From the UHGV virus genome UHGV-0254045: 36,032 bases of DNA. The stretch is one strand, 5' to 3'. Shown one piece after another: positions 8,838-16,731 of this stretch. The position numbers and the translations under genes are program-made. This DNA is from a virus. How positions within the stretch are numbered: position 1 is the stretch's first letter; the number at the start of each line of letters is the position of its first letter. The notes below the pieces were generated by a model, which saw only the letters and a list, made by a program, of their open reading frames with translations, searched no databases and was not told where the DNA came from.

Positions 8838-10142
8838 TTACTCAAGCCTTATTTGCGCGCATGTTTCGAGTGTGGGAAACTCTACCAAATCCATCAGCTT
8901 GCGCATAAAATCGTCTGAATAGTGTATATATGTTTTCCCTACGAGTCGTTCCGGGCTATCCCCAAGCCATAATTCCACCAAATCAGACGTTTTGAATATT
9001 TGAGTTTCGCCCGAAAATTTAGATTTTTCAAAAGATTGCGCGCAAATACTTGCAAATGTATGGCGCAGGCAATAAGCGGTTTTGTTACAATCTCCCAGTA
9101 ATTTTTTGAATAGCCGATCTCTTGTTATGCGAGTACAATTAAATATAAGCGGTTTATCCCATTGTATCAATCCCTGTGCCTCTTTCGGTACGGGGATTTT
9201 TTTGTACTCGATTTTTCCTTGCTTTCGTTTGCGATTGCGCGCAATAAGGAAATCGCCTTCCCGGTGCGTTTCTTCGTCTATTTCGCAAGGGCGAAGTCCA
9301 AAGAAATAGAGCAAATATGCACCCTGTTTAATTGGCTCAAATTCCGGTAATTCTACTTGTTTTAAGAAGGCATAAATTTCTTCTGTGGCTAAGGCTGCGC
9401 GCGATTGACGTTCAGCCCTTTTGAATGGGATAAGAGTAACGGGGTTATGTGCAATAATACCACTTGCAATTGCATACTTAAAAATACCATTAAAAAGAGT
9501 TCGCAAATCTTCGTATTTGCGGGGCTTTACAGATTTTAGAATTTTATCTAAATCGCCTGTACGAACCAATGATATTTGTTTATTGCGGAGTGTTTCAGGC
9601 AAATCGCAAAAATTCGAGGAATGTTTTTTTAACTCTCCTTCGGTAATAGTGCCTTTCTTGTACTGATACCATTCTTCAAAAACTTCTTTAAGAGAGTTTA
9701 CTCTCGTTTTACATTTCTGCACATGGTATTTTTCAATCTCGCTCGGTACGGTTTTAGCCAAGAACTTTCTTTTTGCTTCCGCTAAGTTAGTAGAAGAAGC
9801 TAAAATGCAGTAGCCGTTACGGCGGTATCTTATTTCATAACAGAAGCCGTTTTTGCCGCTCTGGCGTTTGAGTACGTGGGCAACAAGTCCGTTTAAAATG
9901 AATTGTTTTTTAAATGTTTTCGACATATTATCAATTTCCTTTTTCGTGAATTTGATAGTAGCCGAAATTGCTTCCTGTTCTTCCGAACGATAGCCGAAAT
10001 CATCGTTCTTTTCAATTTTCATCGCCTTTTCTACAATCTCGTTCATCTCTTTTGCAAGGTGAACGATCTCTCCGCGCTGCCTTGCCAAAAGCAACCTCGT
10101 AGAAAAAGTGATTAAATCTTCGGATAATAGCGTGCCTTTCAT
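8838..10142 (-). CDS. int: Tyrosine recombinase (phage integrase)
   Basis: FGLRPCEI (catalytic R), YCLRHTFAS, LWLGD...KTYIHY (catalytic Y); IFKYAIASGIIAHNP core-binding motif; likely ATG at 10142 with RBS aaggggaa. Confidence 0.9.
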   Translation of the reverse strand: MKGTLLSEDLITFSTRLLLARQRGEIVHLAKEMNEIVEKAMKIEKNDDFGYRSEEQEAISATIKFTKKEIDNMSKTFKKQFILNGLVAHVLKRQSGKNGFCYEIRYRRNGYCILASSTNLAEAKRKFLAKTVPSEIEKYHVQKCKTRVNSLKEVFEEWYQYKKGTITEGELKKHSSNFCDLPETLRNKQISLVRTGDLDKILKSVKPRKYEDLRTLFNGIFKYAIASGIIAHNPVTLIPFKRAERQSRAALATEEIYAFLKQVELPEFEPIKQGAYLLYFFGLRPCEIDEETHREGDFLIARNRKRKQGKIEYKKIPVPKEAQGLIQWDKPLIFNCTRITRDRLFKKLLGDCNKTAYCLRHTFASICAQSFEKSKFSGETQIFKTSDLVELWLGDSPERLVGKTYIHYSDDFMRKLMDLVEFPTLETCAQIRLE

Positions 10143-10261
10143 TTTTACTTTCCCCTTTTTATAATCAAAAAACAAACGTTTGTTTGCCTTGATTATATTA
10201 TAGCAGAGAAAAGTTGACACACGGCTGCGCTTTTTAAAAAATAATTGTAAAAATAATTAAA

Positions 10262-10612
10262 TTATTTTTCGCACATTATCCGAATCATTTGCAAAACTGT
10301 TTTCACGGCTGCATCGCCTTTTTTCTGCCGAAGTTGTTCAATGGTTTCGAGTATTTCCCATTCTTCGGGGGAAAGGGTGGTTTTGTGATTTCCCACGCCG
10401 AGCGCCTTGTCTTCTTCCGTCCATTGCGGCTTGCCGAGCAGATAATCAACGGACACGCCGAAATAATCGGCGAGCTTTATCAGGGTTTCATATCCTGCTT
10501 GCCGTTTGTCGTTTTCATAAGTGCAGTAGGCTTGTCGGGATACCCCGAGAATTTTTGCTACGTCTTCTTGGCGTAAGCCTTGCGCTTCTCGTAATTTTAC
10601 TAAATTAGTCAT
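10262..10612 (-). CDS. XRE-family HTH repressor (CI-like, no peptidase domain)
   Basis: LREAQGLRQEDVAKILGVSRQAYCTYEND...LADYFGVSVDYLLG; RBS ggaggt; divergent from the early lytic operon. Confidence 0.9.
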   Translation of the reverse strand: MTNLVKLREAQGLRQEDVAKILGVSRQAYCTYENDKRQAGYETLIKLADYFGVSVDYLLGKPQWTEEDKALGVGNHKTTLSPEEWEILETIEQLRQKKGDAAVKTVLQMIRIMCEK

Positions 10613-10633
10613 TTGTTTTTACCTCCGAACAAT

Positions 10634-10662
10634 ATTATAAAAAATTTTTTCAAAAAATGCAA
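10634..10662 (-). promoter_or_regulatory. Leftward (repressor) sigma70-type promoter
   Basis: Minus strand TTGCAT-17 nt-TATAAT upstream of the repressor RBS. Confidence 0.7.
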
Positions 10663-10681
10663 CAAAAAGGCGCAAAAACGC

Positions 10682-10733
10682 TTGACAGGATACAAACAGT
10701 AGCATATAATATAATCACGATACGAAATGTATC
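10682..10733 (+). promoter_or_regulatory. Early lytic promoter with overlapping operators
   Basis: TTGACA(10682)-17 nt-TATAAT(10705); dyads gatac-N5-gtagc (10689-10703) and gatac-N5-gtatc (10719-10733). Confidence 0.85.
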
Positions 10734-10841
10734 ATAGATAAATGTGTGCTACAAATAGTGTAGCAGTTTGTGCTATGATATAAGTACAAACTGCTTGACG
10801 AGTCAAGCACCGAATAGACCGCAAAAGGAGGATACATAACA

Positions 10842-11048
10842 ATGCAGGAATACAAAGCGTATTTTGTAACGTATTACTTAAAACCGCTGTTACAAGCGGC
10901 GGAAGTGAATGTGAAAGACGCGAGCTACCGCGAGGAAGATGACCGTGAATTAGTGCGGCTTACGTACATAGACGGAAGCACAGAAGATATAAACGTATCG
11001 TGGGATAGCTTGATAGCGATTACGCGCGACGTAATTAAAAATTTATAA
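10842..11048 (+). CDS. Hypothetical early protein
   Basis: RBS aaggagg; 68 aa; first gene after the early promoter. Confidence 0.65.
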   Translation: MQEYKAYFVTYYLKPLLQAAEVNVKDASYREEDDRELVRLTYIDGSTEDINVSWDSLIAITRDVIKNL

Positions 11049-11063
11049 ACGGGAGGTGAAAAA

Positions 11064-11267
11064 ATGGATTTTAGAGAACTGTTAAAAAGCAAGCGATGGA
11101 ATTATTCCACGGTGGCGCGCGCCATTGGTGAAGATCCCCGAACGGTGGGACAGTGGGGACGGCGCAAATGTACGCCGTCGCCGGAAAAAATCAAAAAGAT
11201 CGCGCAAACGCTTGAATGTACGACGGACGAAGTAATCGACGCGTTGCTCGTAAACAAGGAAAACTGA
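11064..11267 (+). CDS. Cro-like HTH regulator
   Basis: RBS ggaggtg; YSTVARAIGEDPRTVGQW...PSPEKIKKIAQTLECT HTH pattern. Confidence 0.8.
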   Translation: MDFRELLKSKRWNYSTVARAIGEDPRTVGQWGRRKCTPSPEKIKKIAQTLECTTDEVIDALLVNKEN

Positions 11268-11375
11268 AAAGGAACTCCGTTTGTCGCCAAACAAAACGAA
11301 AAAAACAAACTCCGTTGTCGCGAAACAACGAAAGCCGACCGCAGGCGGCAGAAGTCCTGCGGAAAGGAAACGGGA

Positions 11376-11576
11376 ATGTACAACGTAGAAGATCCGACGC
11401 TCGGATTATGCCGGGAAGATTACGAAAACCGATATAAAGAGATAGTCGGCGTATGCGACGAATGCGGCGATTACATTTACGATGGCGAAGAGTGTTACGA
11501 CGAAGGAGACATATTGTGCTTTAAATGTTTCGACGAACGAATGAAAGAAAACAGTGAAGAGGAGGCAAGGCAATGA
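11376..11576 (+). CDS. Small zinc-finger protein
   Basis: CDECG...CFKC; common in early regions of Bacillota phages. Confidence 0.65.
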   Translation: MYNVEDPTLGLCREDYENRYKEIVGVCDECGDYIYDGEECYDEGDILCFKCFDERMKENSEEEARQ

Positions 11577-11740
11577 CTATAAAAACAGGAAGCGTAGAAG
11601 AAGCATGGATAATATTCAAAGCGATAGCGCGCGAACATAAAACGGTTGCGAGCTTTATACAGAAAACGCAGAGAATGGACAAGCAGGATAAACTTATGTA
11701 CGTAGAAGGATTGCTTCACGAAGCGAAAGAGCTTGTGTGA
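11573..11740 (+). CDS. 55-aa hypothetical protein (not in the ORF track)
   Basis: RBS ggagg; ATGA overlap with upstream gene; MTIKTGSVEEAWIIFK...HEAKELV. Confidence 0.6.
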   Translation: MTIKTGSVEEAWIIFKAIAREHKTVASFIQKTQRMDKQDKLMYVEGLLHEAKELV

Positions 11741-11840
11741 AGTGCGGCGGCGATAAGCCGCCGGGATATGCGCTCAAAGGAAAAAAACGGCGGTTCGATT
11801 CCGTCGGGGCGCGAAAAATACACTTTAAGGAGGCAACATT

Positions 11841-12953
11841 ATGCCATTTTACAAACCCTCGGAACTTACGTTCCAAAACCAGCGATTTTCGGCGATCTTG
11901 TACGGTGCGCCGGGAACTGGGAAAACCACGCTTGCGTGTTCAGCGCCGAAGCCGCTTTTAATCGATCTCGACCGCGGCATACAGCGTATTAAAGCGCAAC
12001 ACCGCCCGACGTGCTTAATCGAAAAGACGTTCGAAGAGCTTCTGAAAGACCTTGAAAGCGAGGAAATGAAAGAGTTCGAAACGATCATCATCGACACGGG
12101 CGGTGCGCTGATAACGCTTTTGCAAGATTATGTAATGCGGAAAGATCCGATAAACAGAACGAAGTCGGGAACGATTTCGCAGAAAGGGTACGGTGCAGTG
12201 AAGCTTGAATTTCAAAGCCTTACAAACCGCCTGAAAACCGTTCTGAACAAGAATATCATTTACGTGTTCCACACGGTGGAAGAAAAGAACAAGGACGGCG
12301 TAGCGGTGCAAAGATTGCTTTGCGAAGGCTCGTCGAAAAATATCGTGTGGCAACCATGCGACTTTGGCGGCTATGTGTTTATGAACGGCGATCAGCGAAT
12401 GATCGGATTCACGCCGACGGACGAATATTTTGCGAAAGGTTGCTACGGGATCAACGGGGTGAGAAAAATCCCCGCGCTCGGCGTGAACGACAAAAACGAT
12501 TATATCACGAAGCTGTTTGAAGAAGCGAACGCGAACATAGCGAAAGACAACGAATTTTTCGCGGCAGAGCGTGAGACGTACGAAAAAGCGATGGAGCAGG
12601 GAAAAGCTATGATTGCGGCTTGGAAAACGCCGGATGAGTTCACGAAAGCGAAAGACGAATTGAAGAAGCTTCCCCACGCGCTGACGTCGTTCGTAGAGCT
12701 TTGCGCGATCTGCAAACAGACGATTGCCGAACTTGGTTTTCAATGGGATAGCGCAAAACACGCGTACGTAGCACCGAAGCCGATTGCGAAAGACGAGGCG
12801 AAGGACGAGCCGAAACAAGCGGAAGAAAAGCCGTTTGAAGAAATAGGCGAGGCGCAGGAAAATTCCACGGCGAAGAAAGGAAAAGAAGCGGCGAAACGAG
12901 CGATTGATAAGATGATTGCCGAAGCGGAAGAGAGCGGAGAGAAAGCGGAATGA
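11841..12953 (+). CDS. AAA_24 / Sak4-like ATPase (single-strand annealing recombinase)
   Basis: YGAPGTGKTTLACSAPKPLLIDLDRG Walker A; TIIIDT Walker B; RBS aaggagg. Confidence 0.8.
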   Translation: MPFYKPSELTFQNQRFSAILYGAPGTGKTTLACSAPKPLLIDLDRGIQRIKAQHRPTCLIEKTFEELLKDLESEEMKEFETIIIDTGGALITLLQDYVMRKDPINRTKSGTISQKGYGAVKLEFQSLTNRLKTVLNKNIIYVFHTVEEKNKDGVAVQRLLCEGSSKNIVWQPCDFGGYVFMNGDQRMIGFTPTDEYFAKGCYGINGVRKIPALGVNDKNDYITKLFEEANANIAKDNEFFAAERETYEKAMEQGKAMIAAWKTPDEFTKAKDELKKLPHALTSFVELCAICKQTIAELGFQWDSAKHAYVAPKPIAKDEAKDEPKQAEEKPFEEIGEAQENSTAKKGKEAAKRAIDKMIAEAEESGEKAE

Positions 12954-13600
12954 AAGAGCGTTACTTAATAACGCAGTCGTTGCTTGCGGCGTGGTCGTAC
13001 ATATTCGACTGCGCCGAAGGAAGCGAAGGCGATGCGATGGGAGATTTTTTGAGAGCGTTGAAGAAAGAGCCGGGCGAACAAAGCGACGCGATGCTTCGCG
13101 GAATATCGTTTGAAAACGCCGTATACGCCACACAGTGCGGCAACAGAGAAGCCGCCGAATATCACGCCGAAGAGTGGGCGAAACGCGGCTGTGAGGAAGA
13201 TGAAGCGGCTTGTGTGCGGAATATGGCGAAGCGACTGAACGGCGGGGCGTATCAGCTTACGGAATACAAAGAAAAAGAAATCGGCGGGATAACATTCCTG
13301 TTGATGGCGAAATGCGACTGGGTACGCGCGGGCGTGATATACGATTGCAAGCGCGTAGAAGCGTATGCGAACGTAGGCAAGTATTATTCAAGCGTTCAGC
13401 ACCCGATGTATCTCGAAGTGATAGAAAGCGCGAGCGAGTTTCGCTACGAGATCTGCGACGGCAAGGACATATACGAAGAACGGTACACGCGGGAAGACAT
13501 ACCGCAACCGATTGAAAGCGTGATAGCCGAGTTTGTGGACTATCTGAAAACGGAAAAGCTACTCGATACGTACAAAACGTATTGGAAGAGCAAGTATTAA
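12950..13600 (+). CDS. PD-(D/E)XK exonuclease-like recombination partner
   Basis: ITQSLL..W, MLRGISFE, AKCDWV...IYDCKR...YYSSVQHPMY; coupled to the Sak4-like gene. Confidence 0.65.
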   Translation: MKERYLITQSLLAAWSYIFDCAEGSEGDAMGDFLRALKKEPGEQSDAMLRGISFENAVYATQCGNREAAEYHAEEWAKRGCEEDEAACVRNMAKRLNGGAYQLTEYKEKEIGGITFLLMAKCDWVRAGVIYDCKRVEAYANVGKYYSSVQHPMYLEVIESASEFRYEICDGKDIYEERYTREDIPQPIESVIAEFVDYLKTEKLLDTYKTYWKSKY

Positions 13601-13618
13601 AAGGGGGGTGATAAAAAT

Positions 13619-14509
13619 TTGTCGAGAACGCAATCGCAAGGGCTGGAATTTTTTCCGGTCGAAGTCGATTTCTTCTCGGATAAGAAAGTCAGAATTTTGA
13701 AAGCCCGGTACGGAGCGGACGGATTGGCGATATATCTGTATTTGCTATGTATGATATATCGGGAAGGGTATTACACAAGGGTTGACGAAGATTTTATTTA
13801 CGTTATTTCGGAAGAATTGAATATGTCTTCCGAAACGGTGCAGCAAGTCATGACATTCTTGCTTAGACGGTCGATGTTCAATGAACAGCTTTTTAAGTCG
13901 GACGCTATCTTGACGAGCGACGGAATACAAGAGCGGTGGCAAAAGGCGATAAAAACCCGCGCCTTAAAGACACCGATGAAGGTCGAAAGTTATTGGCTTT
14001 TAAGTCAAGAGAACACCGCACCTTATATTAAATGCGCCCTTTTTGGTAATTCTTCCACGAAAAAAGACTTTAATTCCGAGAAGAAAGAGCTTAATTCCAA
14101 GAATTATCCCTATAAAGAAAAGGAAAGTAAAGTAAATATATTCTCTTCCCCCTATAATCCCCCAAAGGGGGAAGAGACGACGGCAGAAGAGAGCGGGCAG
14201 GCACAATTTTTCGCAAAGTTCCCCTCGGTTGTAATCGATAATTATTCTACCGAGCTTAGAAGTCTTACAAACGAAGATTGGGCAATCATTATACAGCGGT
14301 TTGAAGAAAGCGAGTGGCTGCGGGAAAATTGCAAAACGCTTTCAATGCTATGTCGGCTGTCAAAGCGGATAATCGCAGGCGATTACGCGCCGTTTAAGAA
14401 GCGAGCGCGGGAAGCGGAAGATCAGACGGAAGAGCAGGAACGGCGGGAACGCGCGGCATACTTTGAGAAGTTATGCGGGAAAGGAACGGCGGAGGTGAAA
14501 AAGCAATGA
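13619..14509 (+). CDS. Replication initiator (DUF4373 / Lin1244-like N-terminal domain)
   Basis: GLEFFPVEVDFFSDKKVRILKARYGADGLAIYLYLLCMIYREGYY, ILTSDGIQERW; internal iterons; followed by a loader gene. Confidence 0.85.
   Translation: MSRTQSQGLEFFPVEVDFFSDKKVRILKARYGADGLAIYLYLLCMIYREGYYTRVDEDFIYVISEELNMSSETVQQVMTFLLRRSMFNEQLFKSDAILTSDGIQERWQKAIKTRALKTPMKVESYWLLSQENTAPYIKCALFGNSSTKKDFNSEKKELNSKNYPYKEKESKVNIFSSPYNPPKGEETTAEESGQAQFFAKFPSVVIDNYSTELRSLTNEDWAIIIQRFEESEWLRENCKTLSMLCRLSKRIIAGDYAPFKKRAREAEDQTEEQERRERAAYFEKLCGKGTAEVKKQ
14053..14103 (+). repeat. Putative origin iterons, 21-bp period, inside the initiator gene
   Basis: ttccacgaaaaaagactttaa | ttccgagaagaaagagcttaa | ttccaagaa, followed by an A-rich tract. 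Confidence 0.65.
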
Positions 14510-15399
14510 GCGAATTAAAAGCAATCGGCGAAAGTATCGGAAGCGACTGGGGAACGCGGGAGCATTACGAAGCGGCGAAGCATGCGATTCTTACGAATTA
14601 TGATCCGCAGACGGAATACAAAGCGGGCGATCTGATATATTGCCGTCATTGCGGCGGGAAGAAAACGCTGGACATGCCGAAAAAGAACATATATCTGAAA
14701 TGCGCGTGTTCGTGCATAGAAAATCGCGCCAAACACGAGAAATACGAACGCGAGCAACGAGAGCGTGCGGCGGTGTATCGGACGATGAACGAAAGCGTAG
14801 TGCCTGCGGACTGCGTAAACGCTTCGTTTTTCGACTGGAATGCGGACGGAATGGCAGACACGACGGAAGAATATCTGACGGGAATAGAGCGTTGCGAAAA
14901 ATTCTGTCTGAATTTCGGTCAAGTGCAAGAATCGGGGCGCGGAATATGGTTATACGGCGTAGCAGACACGGGCAAGACGTACATAGCGGCGGCAATGCTG
15001 AAAACGTTGCAAAAAAACGGCGTAGCGGCGATATTCACCACGTTGTCAAGGATATTTGCGGAGATAAAAGCAACGTATAACAAAAACGCAACGGATACGG
15101 AAGAATCGGTAATCGACAGATACACGGCGGCGGATTGCCTGATAATCGATAATTTTACGGGAATCGAAGCGAGCAAGCGGCGACCGGACGTATTCGGTGC
15201 GGAAAAGCTGACAGAAATCATTTTGCGGCGATATGAGCGGAAGAAACCTACCGTGATTACGGCGCGGCAGTCGCTGAAAGATTTGTTTATCGCAGGGCGA
15301 GTGCCGAGCGAGATAGTAGATAAAATGCAAAACAGGCTTGTGCCGATTTTATTGACGGGCAATCAACGGCGCGCGGTACAAGCGCAAATCGAATTTTAA
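14506..15399 (+). CDS. DnaC/IstB-like helicase loader ATPase
   Basis: CxxC...CxC zinc motif; GIWLYGVADTGKT Walker A; LIIDN Walker B; RRYERKKPTVIT; ATG 14506 overlaps the initiator stop. Confidence 0.85.
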   Translation: MSELKAIGESIGSDWGTREHYEAAKHAILTNYDPQTEYKAGDLIYCRHCGGKKTLDMPKKNIYLKCACSCIENRAKHEKYEREQRERAAVYRTMNESVVPADCVNASFFDWNADGMADTTEEYLTGIERCEKFCLNFGQVQESGRGIWLYGVADTGKTYIAAAMLKTLQKNGVAAIFTTLSRIFAEIKATYNKNATDTEESVIDRYTAADCLIIDNFTGIEASKRRPDVFGAEKLTEIILRRYERKKPTVITARQSLKDLFIAGRVPSEIVDKMQNRLVPILLTGNQRRAVQAQIEF

Positions 15400-15403
15400 A
15401 AAA

Positions 15404-15419
15404 TTGCAGTCGAATGCAA
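15404..15419. repeat. Palindrome variant TTGCAGT-CG-AATGCAA, copy 2 of 4
   Basis: Intergenic, immediately after the loader stop codon. Confidence 0.55.
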
Positions 15420-15451
15420 AAAAATAAACAACACAAGGAGAAACAAAAACA

Positions 15452-16363
15452 ATGGAAAACACACACAACTTTGATCAGCTTATGCTGGCAGACAACGGCT
15501 TGACGGTAGAAGAACAGCAATTTCGCGATACACACAATCGAATTTGCTACAACGCGCAGAAAGCGGCGGAGCATTGGGTAGAGATGGCGATTGCGATCAA
15601 GGAAATGCGGGACAAGAAGCTGTACAAAGCGGCGGGGTTCGAAACGTTCGGCGAATATACGGAAGGCGCGCTCGGTATCAAAGAGCGGCAGGCGTATAAC
15701 TATACGTCGATTCTCGAAAAGTTGCCGCAAGGGTTTGTACAATCGCACGCGGCGGCAGGGGTAACGAAGCTTGCGCTTTTGACCAGCGTGAACGAAACGG
15801 AGCGGGAAGAGATCCTCGAAAAAATCGATATAGACGAAGCGCCGGTGAGAGAAGTTTCCGACGCTGTGAAAGAAGCTATTGAGGCGAGGATCAAAGCGGA
15901 AGAACAGTTATCGCTGGCAATCGAAGAAAAGAAGGAAGCCGAAAAAACGGCGGAAAACTGCAACAAGGAATATTTGAAGCTTGCGGCAGACAATGCAGAT
16001 TTGAAGCGAAAGCTGAAAGAAGCAGAAAACGTTGAGCCGACGGTAGTATATCAGGCAGACGAAAAGCAAGCGGAAGAGATCGCGCGGCAGGAAAGAGAAA
16101 TCGCAGAGCTGAAAGCGCGGGAAACGGCGCGCGAGAGCGAAACGGCGGCATTGAAAAAACGGCTTGCCGAAATAGAACATGCGAAAGCGGAACAGCCGAA
16201 AACGGAAATCAAGGGAAGCGCGCTTGTTATCTTCAAAGTGAAATTTGAAAGCTTTCAGGATATTCTCGATGATATGAACGCGTTGCTGGAAGAAATGTCG
16301 GAAGAGCAGAAAGCGAATTGCCGTAAAGCGGTGAAAGTAACGTTTGAAGAAAGCTGGAATTAA
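15452..16363 (+). CDS. DUF3102-like protein with coiled coil
   Basis: IKEMRDKKLYKAAGFETFGEY.E..LGIKERQAYNY motif; long coiled-coil C-terminus. Confidence 0.6.
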   Translation: MENTHNFDQLMLADNGLTVEEQQFRDTHNRICYNAQKAAEHWVEMAIAIKEMRDKKLYKAAGFETFGEYTEGALGIKERQAYNYTSILEKLPQGFVQSHAAAGVTKLALLTSVNETEREEILEKIDIDEAPVREVSDAVKEAIEARIKAEEQLSLAIEEKKEAEKTAENCNKEYLKLAADNADLKRKLKEAENVEPTVVYQADEKQAEEIARQEREIAELKARETARESETAALKKRLAEIEHAKAEQPKTEIKGSALVIFKVKFESFQDILDDMNALLEEMSEEQKANCRKAVKVTFEESWN

Positions 16364-16381
16364 AATACGGAGGAAAATACA

Positions 16382-16729
16382 ATGAACGGTAAAGAATTTA
16401 TAGAAATGCAGAAACAGGATGCGGCGACGCATCCGAATAAGGAAGCGCTTCTCGGTGTAATTTCAGCGATGGAAGAGGTCCTGCGGGGTAACGAAAACAC
16501 AGAAATCGACGATAAGAAGTCAGCCGAAGAATGTTTTAAAAAAATGCGCGATTATGCGAAAAAGAATCAAACAAACGGTATGTATTATTTTTCTACCGAA
16601 GCGGCTGCAAAGTTCATTTCGGAATATCTCGGAATATCCCGGTCGAATAAAGCACCTGAAACTGCCGAGCTTAAAGAAGAAGTAAAGCCGACAATCAGGA
16701 AACGTCGTAATCTGGAGGAATTTTTCTGA
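16382..16729 (+). CDS. PcfK-like protein
   Basis: KSAEECFKKMRDYAKKNQTNG motif; directly upstream of a PcfJ-like gene. Confidence 0.55.
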   Translation: MNGKEFIEMQKQDAATHPNKEALLGVISAMEEVLRGNENTEIDDKKSAEECFKKMRDYAKKNQTNGMYYFSTEAAAKFISEYLGISRSNKAPETAELKEEVKPTIRKRRNLEEFF

Positions 16730-16731
16730 CA

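Noticed and set aside
12015..13133. Long antisense ORFs (e.g. 12015-13133, 6036-6968, 4839-5522, 29906-30499)
   Set aside because: They shadow well-supported plus-strand genes, lack family motifs, and have R/F/S-rich mirror composition
14506..15399. Walker B LIIDN as evidence of an inactive loader
   Set aside because: A single substitution with the other motifs intact; not enough to call a pseudogene or a novelty
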